In this document: positions 38,868 through 50,553 of the stretch, one piece after another
How positions within the stretch are numbered: position 1 is the stretch's first letter
How the letters are laid out: each line of letters begins with the position of its first letter
DNA from: Eledone cirrhosa
Taxonomy: Eukaryota
Direction of reading: 5' to 3'
Assembly (NCBI GenBank): GCA_964016885.1
Contig: OZ024740.1
Location: 183,954,001 to 184,018,000 of the forward strand
DNA length: 64,000 nt
The notes under the pieces: model-generated
Told to the model about the DNA's origin: nothing
The model's database searches: none
What the model saw: only the letters and a program-made list of their open reading frames with translations
Program-made: the position numbers and the translations under genes

Positions 38868-39707
38868 AACCCATCAGTGGCTGGCATCCTCTGGACTGAA
38901 ATCGGAGACTGAAGGACTGATTATATCGGCACAAGATCAGTGTCTGCCAACAAAATATTACCAAGCCAACATAATAAAAAATGGGTGCAGCCCATTATGC
39001 CGTGTATGCAAAAAACAACCAGAGACTATTGACCATATAATTTCAATGTGCAGTCCTATAGCTCCAACCGAATACCTAAACAGGCATGACAGAGCTGCAC
39101 AATACATACATTGGATAATGTGTAAGCATTTTAACCTGCCCCATCAAAAGAATTGGTGGGAGCATCAACCACCTCCCATACTTGAAAAAGATCACATCTC
39201 AATCTTGTGGAACTTTAGCATCCAAACAGACCGAAAAATAGATGCAAACAGACCTGATATAATATTGAAAGACTTTCAAAAGAGCGTATGCCTGCTAATT
39301 GATATGTCTGTTCCAATACACTAGAATGTATCTATAAAAACATTTGAAAAATTGAGCAAGTATAAGGACCTGGAGATAGAAATCGGAAAAATGTGTAAAT
39401 TGAGAACTAAAACAATACCAGTGGTTGTAGGCGCTGTGGGAATGATACCTAAGGGGGCTAATGATTACTTATCGCAAATCCCAGGAAACCCGCTTATAGG
39501 AGAAATACAAAAGATAGTACTAATGGGAACTGCCCATATACTAAGGAAGATTCTGTCAATATAAGTACATCACAAGTCTAAACACTAAAGATGCATGTGT
39601 GAATATGTATGTTTTTTCTTGAACATGGCGGACCTTGTTGTCTCTTGAGGTCACTGGTTGTGACTTGGTGATAACTCGTATGAACATAAAGCAAGATAAA
39701 TGCAACT
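38868..39707 (+). mobile_element. Dong family R 3' fragment
   Basis: Near-identical to 43856-44685. Confidence 0.92.
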
Positions 39708-39763
<56 letters not shown>

Positions 39764-39765
<2 letters not shown>

Positions 39766-42700
39766 GATAAGAGAAGAAGACGCACGTGGTGGTAGAAGGT
39801 CATGAAATCGCTCCCGTAAGTTTTTGAGTTTTAACATATTTAAATCAATTGTGAAATTACAATCCTTAGTACAAATGATGCATAAACCACCGAATCAAGT
39901 CCCATAAAATTTCGGATCCATATTATATTGTTATATCGCTCAAATATTCAATTTTCTATTATATATTTTGTATTAAAAAAAGAAAATGGTTATAAATGGA
40001 AGAAAACACCCTCTGTCTACACTATATAGAACAGCCAAATAACAGCAATTTCACCAACACCAGAAACTTGATACACCACCTACCCCATCATACTAAATAT
40101 AACAGCCAGATAACGGCAATTTCACCACCACCACCACCAATCCCAGCATCATAATAATAATTACTATTATTATTGTCTCAAGTTTTAACAAAATGTTTAA
40201 TTCCAATTTTACGGGAATATGTCAACACAATATATATTAAACATACGCGACACAAACTCATAGATACTACATATCACAAAACTCAGTAACGACAACGCCA
40301 CCGCCACCACCACCTCATCCATCATTGCTACCACTATCCCATCACCGCCGCCACCACTCCTTCATTGCTACCACCACTGTTCCCCTGTTAACTTAAAAAG
40401 GGGAAGGTGGCGGTATCACTAGACAAGGGAGAGGCTAGCAAAATATATAAATAGATTGACCTAGTGACCTGGCCACCTGCCAAACGTCAACAAACTATGG
40501 AACTGCTGGCTCCCCCCTTCCTCACCAGCAATATAAAAAGCCCCAGAAACACCACCGACATAGCCAACAACAATGACAGGCAACTTCAGCGAAAAGTATA
40601 TTATATTATTGTAATGCACTGGGTGATTGCTGGCCTTGTGCCTGGAGTGGAGACGGTTATTAATAATTCATTATTAAGCCACGCAATGCTCACATTAAGG
40701 AACCACTCATGATAATAACAATTTTTAAAAAAAACAACAAAAAGAAAACCCCGTGACCAAGAAATACCGGGATGGCGGCCGGCGGGGAATAGCCGTGTCT
40801 CTAGGGGAGAACGACGCCTCTAGTCTTGGTTGACACTCGTTCTAGAAGTGGTAACACGAAATGATTACCCCTTGGCGGATAAGGATAAAACACGACGAAA
40901 TAAAGTAAATGCCTAATGATAAAATCTCATACCGGATCGGCCGTCACCCGGGTATAAAAGGGCCGCGTCCCTCAGAGAGGAACCAGACTTGGGTCGAAAA
41001 ATCAGCTAATGGTTCAAACCTTCCCATCACTTCGGAGATGGAGACCTCCCATAACCGGAATACTCCTACTGTTGGCCCTCCATGCTCACCACCAAGAAAT
41101 CCAAAGAAAAAGAGAGAAAAATGGTCAAGGGAAGATAATAAAGAAGTCCTTGAGGCTTTCTACACTGCCATGTACTACCCATCAAATACATCGAATACAG
41201 AACAGACATATATCAACTGGAAAAAGAAACATCCCGAAAACAGAGGCTATGTTGACAGTAACAAACTAGCTAATATACGAAGAAATATTGTAAGAAAAAA
41301 GTTACTAACTGATATAGAAATTGATCAGATCAAGCTATTAGCACAAAGTCAGCGAAGGGAAAATGAAACATGTGTTAGTGAAAACGAGGTAAATTGTAGC
41401 ACTTCGAATCCCAGGGTCGGGGCGGAATCACTGGCAACAGAACAAATTAAAGAAAGGATCGAAAAAGTGGAGGGAGTGCATGCTCAAGATGAAACTCCAA
41501 ATGAAAATAATGAGATCGTAAATGATAAAGAAATGAATGAGAATTAACTTGCCAACTTGAAGGATGAAATTATGATCGAATGGATGAAAATGAAAGAATC
41601 TGACATGGGGCAACGAGACACCCTCCCTAAGATCCAGAACTTCAAACAGAACCAAAAGATAATACACAAGACTAACATAATTCTCAAAAACATTATCATC
41701 ACAAACAAACTAAACATTACTGATTTAAATCATCTCTATTATGCATCGGCTAAAGTCACCACTCACTTATGTGGAGTGAAGATGAAAAAACAAATGAATT
41801 CCCACAAGAAATCTACTTGGCAAGAGAACATCAATCGCCAAATAAACCTGACATAGAAATTTTAACAAACTATAAAGTAGGTGAACATGTTAAACAAACT
41901 AAACTTAGAAAATTGAAAAGAAAGTACAGTATAAAATCAACAAGTGACATAGACATGCTGATAGAAATAATCAAGCAAAAAGTGTCGGCCAAAGCTGCTC
42001 GTATAAGGCGCTTTGAAAAACGATCTAGATTCTATAAGGACAATAATATGTTCAAAAACAACCAAAGAAACTTCTACAGAAAAATTGGTAAGTCAACAAT
42101 AACTGCTAAATCAATACCACCCAAGGAGGAAGTGCAAGAATTCTGGGAAAAGATCTGGGCCGAAGAAAAAGTTCATAAAATACATGCCCCATGGATAGAC
42201 AGACAAATGAAAGATACAGCTCAACTTGAGGAACAAATATGGGAAAATATAACAGTTGAACAGTTGCGCTTGGCTCTAAGAAAAACCAGGAAATGGAAAT
42301 CCTCAGGAAAAGACAAAATACAAAACTTTTGGATAAATGCCTTCACAGAGACTCATGAGCTGTTAGCCCAACTTTACAATGAAATAGTTAAGGAGCCAGA
42401 AAAGATACCATCATGGCTAGTTAACGGCATTACATTCCTGCTTCCGAAGAATGATGAGACAAACAATCCCAAAAATTACAGACCGATAGCTTGCTTGACC
42501 ACAATGTATAACATTTTAACATCAGTCCTAACTGAATACACATATGATCACCTGATAACAAATGACCTATTTCCCATTGAGCAGAGAGGGTGTAAACGAG
42601 GCTCATATGGAGTAAGGATCAGGTTTTGGTTAACAAAATGATACTGGAAGATTGTCATAATAGACACAAAAATCTATCGATTGCTTGGATAGATTATAAA

Positions 42701-44685
42701 AAACCATTCGATAGTTTGCCACACAGTTGGATTGAAAAATGTTTATAGATTTTCAAAATATCCACCGCTGGCAGGAGGTTTTTGTCATTCAGTATGAAGA
42801 CATGGAAAACGACACTCCTTTTGAATAGTGAAACAAAATCATTGGAAGCTGGAGAAGTTAATATTAATTGTGGAATTTTTCAGGGTGACTCTTTATCACC
42901 GCTTTTACTCTGCATCGCACTTATACCATTAAGTAAAATGCTCAATGAAACAAAACATGGATATAAAGTCTATGACAAAACCATTAATCACTTGTTCTAC
43001 ATGGATGACCTGAAACTATTTGCAAAAAATGATGAACAATTGCAAGGGCTATTATCCACTGTGGAGCAGTTCAGTAATGACATTAAAATGGAGTTTGCAC
43101 TAGATAAATGCGCCAAAGCAACGTTTACCAGAGGAAAGCTGCTGAAGAGTTCAGACATTAATCTTGATCGGGGGAACGTGATAAGAGAACTTGATCAAGA
43201 AAAGACTTACACATATCTAGGTGTTTGTGAAGGAGACGGAATCAAGCACTCGACAATGAGGGAAAGGATAAGGAAGGAATGTTACCGCAGAGTAAGAGCA
43301 ATCTTAAGAACGGAATTGAATGCAAGGAATAGGATCGATGCCATAAACACGCTTGCCATACCAGTAGTAACCTACAGTTACAATGTCATCAACTGGTCAA
43401 GCACAGAGATCCGTAGGCTCGATACAAAAATTCGAAAATTCTTAACCATGCACAGAATGCATCACCCTAAGGCAGATATAGATAGAATATATCTCCCTAG
43501 GAAAGAAGGAGGACGTGGGTTAATCCAGTTAGACATTGCGTTGAAAACTGCAACAATTGGATTATCTACATATCTAAGGGAATCAATCACATGATTGGAT
43601 GATCAAACTCGTTTTGAAACACGAAAGCATCAAAAGATCATATTCCATTACAAAAGATGCACAAAGATACAGTAATGGACTACACATTTCAGAAGTCCCA
43701 TTTACTGCTGAAATGGAAAACACAGAAAAAGCAAAGCAGGTAAAAGTAACTGCAAAGAAAGAACTGCTACAGAAACTGTCTAAGAAATGGCAAGAAAAGC
43801 CTCTGCATGGAAAATAACCAAAGCGAGCTAACAATCCTGATGTTGACAAAACTTTAACCCATCAGTGGTTGGCATCCTCTGGACTGAAATTGGAGACTGA
43901 AGGACTGATTATATCAGCACAAGATCAGTGTCTGCCAACAAAAAATTACCAAGCCAACATAATAAAAAATGGATGCAGCCCATTATGCCGTGTATGCAAA
44001 AAACAACCAGAGACTATTGACCATATAATTTCAATGTGCAGTCCTATAGCTCCAACCGAATACCTAAACAGGCATGACAGAGCTGCACAATACATACATT
44101 GGATAATGTGTAAGCATTTTGACCTGCCCCATCAAAAGAATTGGTGGGAGCATCAACCGCCTCCCATACTTGAAAAAGATCACATCTCAATCTTGTGGAA
44201 CTTTAGCATCCAAACAGACCGAAAAATAGATGCAAATAGACCTGATATAATATTGAAGGACTTTAAAAAGAGGGTATGCCTGCTAATTGATATGTATGTT
44301 CCAATAGACAAGAATGTATCTATAAAAACATTTGAAAAATTGAGCAAGTATAAGGACCTGGAGATAGAAATTGGAAAAATGTGGAAATTGAGAACTAAAA
44401 CAATACCAGTGGTTGTAGGCGCTCTGGGAATGATACCTAAGGGGTCTAATGATTACTTATCGCAAATCCCAGGAAATCCGCGTATAGGAGAAATACAAAA
44501 GATAGTACTAATGGGAACTGCCCATATACTAAGGAAGATTCTGTCAATATAAGTACATCACAAGTCTAAACACTAAAGATGCATGTGTGAGTATGTATGT
44601 TCTTTCGGACCTTGTTGTCTCTTGAGGTCACTGGTTGTAACTTGGTGATAACTCGTATGAACATAAAGCAAGATAAATGCAACTG
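39764..44685 (+). mobile_element. Full-length Dong/R4-type RLE retrotransposon, family R (inactivated)
   Basis: ~1.1-kb leader. Broken ORF 40909-44552 has KWSREDNKEVLEAFY, YRPIACL, GIFQGDSLSP, FYMDDLKL, CRVC..DHIISMC and RPD..D. (TAA)n flanks. Confidence 0.93.
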
Positions 44686-44703
44686 TAATAATAATAATAA
44701 TAA

Positions 44704-45400
44704 GACTAGATAAATGCTCGAAAGCAACGTTCACCAGAGTTAAGCTGCTGAAAAGTTCAGACATTAATATTGATCGGGATAATGTGATAAGAGAACTTGA
44801 TAAAGAGAAAACTTACAAATATCTAGGTGTTTGTGAAGGAGACGGAATCAAGCACTCGACAATGAGGGAAAGGATAAGGAAGGAATGTTACCGCAGAGTA
44901 AGAGCAATCTTAAGAACGGTATTGAATGCAAGGATCGATGCCATAAACGCGCTTGCCATACCAGTAGTATCCTACAGTTACAATGTCATCAAATGGTCAA
45001 GCACAGAGATCCGTAGGCTCTATACAAAGATTAAAAAATTCTTAACCATGCACAGAATGCATCACCTTAAAGCAGATACAGATAGAATATATCTCCCTAG
45101 GAAAGAAGGAGGACATGGGTTAATCCAGTTATATATTGCTTTGGAAACTGAAAAAAATTGGATTATCTACATATCTAATGAATCACATGATTGGATGTTC
45201 AAACTCGTTTTGAAACACGAAAGCATCAAAAGATCATACTTCATTACAAAATATGCACACAGATACAGTAATGGACTACAAATTTCAGAAGTCCCATTTA
45301 CTGCTGTAATGAAAAACACAGAAAAAGCAAAGAAAGAACTGCTACAGAAACTGGCTAAGAAATGGCAAGAAAAGCCTCTGTATGGAAAATACCCAGAATA
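44704..45400 (+). mobile_element. Dong family R internal fragment
   Basis: Paralog of ~43100-43820 (YLGVCEGDGIKH..., HRMHH). Confidence 0.9.
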
Positions 45401-45622
45401 CTACACATGCTAGCAGAAAACCACCAGAAGTGTTATTTTTCTGGTAGTAATAATAATATTAAAATGGACAATTTATTGTCTCCATTACAAAAAGAGACGT
45501 CCGACGAGCTTTTGATTCCATAGTCGGGCTAGATCAATACAGATCGAGCCTTGAGCTGGTCAATAGCGAAACGGGCGTCACTATTCAATAAACGTAATGG
45601 AGACATGACAAATCGTCCTTTT

Positions 45623-45676
<54 letters not shown>

Positions 45677-46137
45677 ATATTGACATGCTGATTCTTAACG
45701 AATAATAGGATTTTTGAGATAACATCCCTTGATACTGGGGTGTAACTTGAAGAATGTAGACATGGGTTGGACAACCATCGTTTCAGACGTGGCCTTTCCA
45801 GTTGTTAGAACAACGGCAGAGCTTTCTCCTGAAATTAACATGAAGATGGCTGAGAATTCAACGACACGTATACTACCCTTAATGTTGCTTTTGGGAAGAT
45901 TCAATTTGTCACATTATGCGTCACGAGAGCTCCTTTGAATTACCGGTAGAAAATATTTTACAAGCTGAGTGGGCTGAAGAAACGTTTACGGATCTTGCTC
46001 AAGGACACAGCACAGCACCGTGAATCGAATATATGATCATCAAACGGCCCATCTAACAGGTGAGCCAAGTTCTTTCATGTCAAATATACAGACAGACACA
46101 TACACAGACACAGACACACATACACATATATATATCA

Positions 46138-46524
46138 TCTATATATATAACAGCGAGTATGTGTTTCTGGCTGTGGACAACTTTGGACAACTAAGGCTTT
46201 TACAATTCCCAACCGAATTTGACAAAGTTTTCAGTACACGTTGCACCTCTTGCTAAGATGGTCACATCACAAAAAGTTTTCAAATCGACCCACGTTGTGC
46301 ATAAAAAATCGATAGCAAAATTATTTTTTCTAAAGTGTTCTGTTCAGTGTTTTCCTTCATTATCAGCATAGTTTTATGTGTACAAAGATTGCACTAAATA
46401 TTCGTTTGCATTAATTATTGAAGACTTCTGCTTATTTTGACAGGTTTGGGACAAATAATTTTCTTCTTTTACTTTCTAGCTGTATATTCTTAGCATAATT
46501 TCAAACACCGGGTAAATCTGCTAG
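46138..46524 (+). mobile_element. Non-autonomous Helitron-like element
   Basis: Starts A^TCTATATATATAA and ends CCGGGTAAATCTGCTAG^T (TC...CTAG at an AT site). No clear subterminal hairpin. Confidence 0.55.
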
Positions 46525-47214
46525 TATATATATATATAGAGAGAGAGATAGATAGATATAGAGAGAGATGGATAGATAGATGGATATATGCATAGGAATA
46601 TGTCACAACTTACAGATTTAACACATACGCACACAAAATAAAAGGCATGCCTGAATATTAACATGCACACACGTACACCGATTGACACATATATATGCAG
46701 ATATGTTCATGCATACGTGACTACGCAAGCTGTCTAACTTCTAATGTAAAAACATTTGTTTGTGTATTGGTGACAGGCTCTTTATTTAGTGGTGCGAAAT
46801 TAGAAGAGGAAACCTGAAGACTACACAGGAAAATATTTCGAGCAAATCCCTTTGTTCTATATGAGTTAACAATGTACTTGTAAACTGCTGCCAAAAGTCA
46901 TGTCCATAACGGAGCAAGGCAAACTGATTTACTATCACTTTAACATGCAGACCGAACATTCGTTTGACAAATAAATGTTAAAGAAACTTAGAGAATACGG
47001 GGATCCTGTTGCCGAAGTGTCTGGAATTTTAGATAGTTTTAATTTCTAGATTAAAAGTAAACATGGACCGATTTGCCAATACATAATAATACAGTAAGAT
47101 ACAATTTTGCAAGGATTTCCTGATATACATTCACACACACACATACACACGCACACACACACATACACACATACACATGCACGCACACGCACACACATAC
47201 ACACATTTACCCGA

Positions 47215-47246
<32 letters not shown>

Positions 47247-47292
47247 TTATATATATATATATATATATATTTATTAAAATAACAGATTAAAG

Positions 47293-48434
47293 ATTGCACA
47301 AAACTTTCCTGTATTACAGCCCCACGTTATACCCTAACGGATAGTACGATCTATACGTGGATATTTTACGTCCTGATGTGGGAGCTAAGTATATGTTTTG
47401 TTTATTCCTTTACTTATTTGCATAGGTAAATATATATTACCTGTATGTTTTGTGAAGGTTGTATACCTTCTCGTACGTATATTTGATTGTTATGGCGTAT
47501 ATTTTTTATATATTCTGGTATTTAGGGTTTGGCTATGTGTATACGGGAGTTTTGCGTCTGCGTGAGTATGCAGGTTCGTACGTATGGTGGGTGTGTGTAT
47601 ATGTGTACTTCTTGTTTTAGTTGACTTACGTCTCCGAACATTCGTGTATTTATATGTAGGTATGTGTGTGCGCTTGTTATATACGTATTTATTTACTTAT
47701 ATACGTTTATATAATTATTTATTTATTTGTACACAAGCATACACACACACACACATATTTATATGTGCGTGGTTGTATACCTATGGTACGGTTTTGCGTA
47801 TGCTTGTGTATGTACGTATTTGTTTGCGTGTATGTATTTATTTATTTCTATTACTTCTGTATTGTATTTATTTACTTTGTTCTTAACTCTGTAGCGGAGA
47901 TTCATTTGGTCTCCTAGTTAGAATTTTAGTCTACGACTTCTGCTATACCATTCACGTGGTTTTGTCTTTGCGTGCTATTGTTCTCCACGCTCCACATATG
48001 ACTTATTAACTTCGTTTTTTCGTTCATTGCCAGAGAACGTCTCTATGCACCACCTAAGAGAACATTAGTCTACCACCTCTTTTATACCTAAACGTGGTTT
48101 TGTCTTTGCGCGTAATTCTTTTTCACCGCTCCTTTTAATAACGTATTATTCGTTTTTTCCCGTTCTTTGCCAGCGAACGTTTCCACGAACCAAAGTATCC
48201 TCTTCCTGTCTTCCTCCGGTTGCAACGTTTTTTGAAATATCCAGTTCTGCGTTTACAGATTGACTTTGTTAGTTTCAGAAGATCCCGTTAAGGGTGAAAG
48301 CAGCGATTCTTTGCTTAAACTTTAATCTGTTATTTTAATAACTATTTGCTCTACGGTTCTTATATATTTGATATATATTTATCCTTATCGAGCCCTCTTT
48401 GGATTTTAGTCTTCAATTTTATTATTATTACTAT
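47293..48434 (+). repeat. 5' pseudo-LTR
   Basis: Near-identical to 50554-51698; contains an internal ~140-bp tandem duplication and an HHR. Confidence 0.93.
48271..48321 (+). ncRNA. Type I hammerhead ribozyme variant (CAGAAGA core)
   Basis: AGTTT-CAGAAGA-tCCC(gttaa)GGGt-GAAA-GCA(gcgattctt)TGC-TT-AAACT. Confidence 0.7.
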
Positions 48435-48475
48435 TTGGCTCCCCCGGTTGAGCACTCTACTGACTTATATTCATC

Positions 48476-50455
48476 ATGGAGAAACAACATCTGAATATTT
48501 CTACAAAGAACATACCCGTACCAAGCAGGAAAACATACCTAAAACTCCTGATACAGAAAACAGACGCGTTCATTAAAAGGTTGCGTTGGTGTGCCTTTTT
48601 TTTCGATAATCCGCGAAAAGCAGACAACAAACAGGATAAATTTAGATTTAAAACCTATAATAACCCCCCGTGGAACCCAGTATTGCTACCCTTCGAAAAT
48701 GATGCCTTGGAACTCATTCGGAGTATCAAATTTCGGAATAGGAGCAATTCCTTCCAGCAAGACCTGAAGAATATAATTCGTTCTATTAAGGATTCTAACG
48801 CCGTGCACGTCCATTCCGACAAAACTGGCAACCTATATCAAGTGGAGCGCAGTAATTACCATCAACTACTACATAATGCTGTAACTAAGGATTACCGTAA
48901 AACTAATCGGTGCGTCATCAATAAAATCATCGATGTTGGGTTTAAAATCACATCTGATCTCAACATCCTGGACTGGACCGAACCTCTGGACCCTATTTCT
49001 CCCCACTTTACACTGAAGGATCACAAATCCAATTTTCCGAACAACCCTTCTATTCGGCTTATTAACCCTACAAAGTCCGATTTAGGTAGACTTAGTAAAA
49101 CGATTCTTGATAGAATTATACCTGAAATTAGAAGTTTGGCCCCTCTCGCACTGTGGAACAATTCTTTCGCGGTGATTGATTGGTTCAACGGCATACGTAA
49201 CAAGGAACATTGCCGTTTTATCCAATTCGACATCAACAATCACTACTCCTCCATCAATTTACCACTTCTCCTTAGAGTTATCAATTTCGCTAAAACACTC
49301 ACAGCGGTTAAGGATTTCGAAGTTGATGTCATCCTTAATGCCCGAAAGTCGGTGATTAATTTCGACGACTCTATTTGGATAAAAAAATACAATAGTACCC
49401 CATTCGACGTGAGTATGGGCGCTAGTGACTCTGCGGAGGTTACTGATCTTATTGGCCTTTTCCTTCTTTTCTCTATCAAGGAGGATTTCCCAAACGCGGG
49501 CGGTGGTTTGTACCGTGACGATGATCTTTTGACCATGACTAAGTGCGGACCTCGTGCTTGCGACAGGTTCAGAAAAGAACTCACAGCCTTCTTTAAAGGC
49601 TTCAACCTCTGTATACAGGTTGAGGCCAATCTCTCGGTCGTTAATTACCTCGACGTTACCCTCAATTTATTGAATGGGTTGTATTACCCATATAGAAAGC
49701 AGAATGATACTCTTAATTACATAAGTAAGCATTCCAACCATCCCGCCAGCATAACCAAGAACCTGGTAAGAAACGTTTCGTTGAGGCTTTCCCGTCTTTC
49801 CACCAACGAGCGCATTTTCAACGACCATTCCACTTATTACAATGAAGCTCTTGCTCGAAGTGGATTTGTCGATAAGGTAGCATATACAGAGTACGAAAAT
49901 AGACCTAGAAGTAATAGATCCCGTCGCATTTGTTGGTTTAACCCACCATATAATATGGAGGTGGCCACACCATTAGCTAAGATCTTTATTTCCCTTATTA
50001 CGAAGCAGTTTCCCCCTACACATAAATATAGTAAAATTTTTAATAGAAATACTATTAAAATTTCTTACTCTACAACTCCTAACCTGGCACATAACATCAC
50101 AGCTTCAAATTTAGCTAAACTACCTAGCCGTAGGAACACGTGCAACCCTGTAGTTACTACTAACTGTAATTGTAGGAATCGGGCTGATTGCCCCCTATCC
50201 GGGAAATGCCTATCTAGTAACATTGTCTACAAATGTAAGGTTGTAACACCCACGTCCCGTAGGGCCTACATAGAGCTAACCGCCAATAGTTTCAAGCAGC
50301 GTCTTTACATGCATACCCATTCTTTTCGTTACCCTCTAAGAAGGAATATGACGTCACTTTCAGCTTATATCTGGAGTCTAAAAGACAACCACACCCAATA
50401 TAAGATACACCGGGAGATCCTACCTAGGGCTAGATCGTATAACGGAAATAAATGA
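48476..50455 (+). CDS. PLE polyprotein: reverse transcriptase plus C-terminal GIY-YIG endonuclease (probably premature stop)
   Basis: 659-aa ORF with DKTGN, LKDHK, RLINP, FDI, MGASDS, LYRDD, YLDVTL, CNCRNRADC and NIVY..YIE. Frame continues past the TGA as PCDLCAAE..CKH. Confidence 0.9.
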   Translation: MEKQHLNISTKNIPVPSRKTYLKLLIQKTDAFIKRLRWCAFFFDNPRKADNKQDKFRFKTYNNPPWNPVLLPFENDALELIRSIKFRNRSNSFQQDLKNIIRSIKDSNAVHVHSDKTGNLYQVERSNYHQLLHNAVTKDYRKTNRCVINKIIDVGFKITSDLNILDWTEPLDPISPHFTLKDHKSNFPNNPSIRLINPTKSDLGRLSKTILDRIIPEIRSLAPLALWNNSFAVIDWFNGIRNKEHCRFIQFDINNHYSSINLPLLLRVINFAKTLTAVKDFEVDVILNARKSVINFDDSIWIKKYNSTPFDVSMGASDSAEVTDLIGLFLLFSIKEDFPNAGGGLYRDDDLLTMTKCGPRACDRFRKELTAFFKGFNLCIQVEANLSVVNYLDVTLNLLNGLYYPYRKQNDTLNYISKHSNHPASITKNLVRNVSLRLSRLSTNERIFNDHSTYYNEALARSGFVDKVAYTEYENRPRSNRSRRICWFNPPYNMEVATPLAKIFISLITKQFPPTHKYSKIFNRNTIKISYSTTPNLAHNITASNLAKLPSRRNTCNPVVTTNCNCRNRADCPLSGKCLSSNIVYKCKVVTPTSRRAYIELTANSFKQRLYMHTHSFRYPLRRNMTSLSAYIWSLKDNHTQYKIHREILPRARSYNGNK

Positions 50456-50553
50456 CCATGTGACCTCTGCGCTGCTGAGGCTCTGAAAATACTCTACGCC
50501 AAAGACAACTTCTTAAACAAAATATCTGAGGCAATTTCGGCTTGTAAACATAA

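Noticed and set aside
27366-44703. Repeat-spacer pattern of (TAA)n with intervening sequences as a CRISPR-like array
   Set aside because: Eukaryotic; the spacers are kb-scale LINE fragments and there are no cas genes.
46808-46840. GAAAC-CTGAAGA-CT(acac)AG-GAAA-ATATTTC possible HHR
   Set aside because: Only a 2-bp stem II and no proper stem III; could arise by chance.
50453-50455. Selenocysteine recoding of the PLE TGA
   Set aside because: Does not align to a Cys position, no SECIS seen, and CpG decay explains it.
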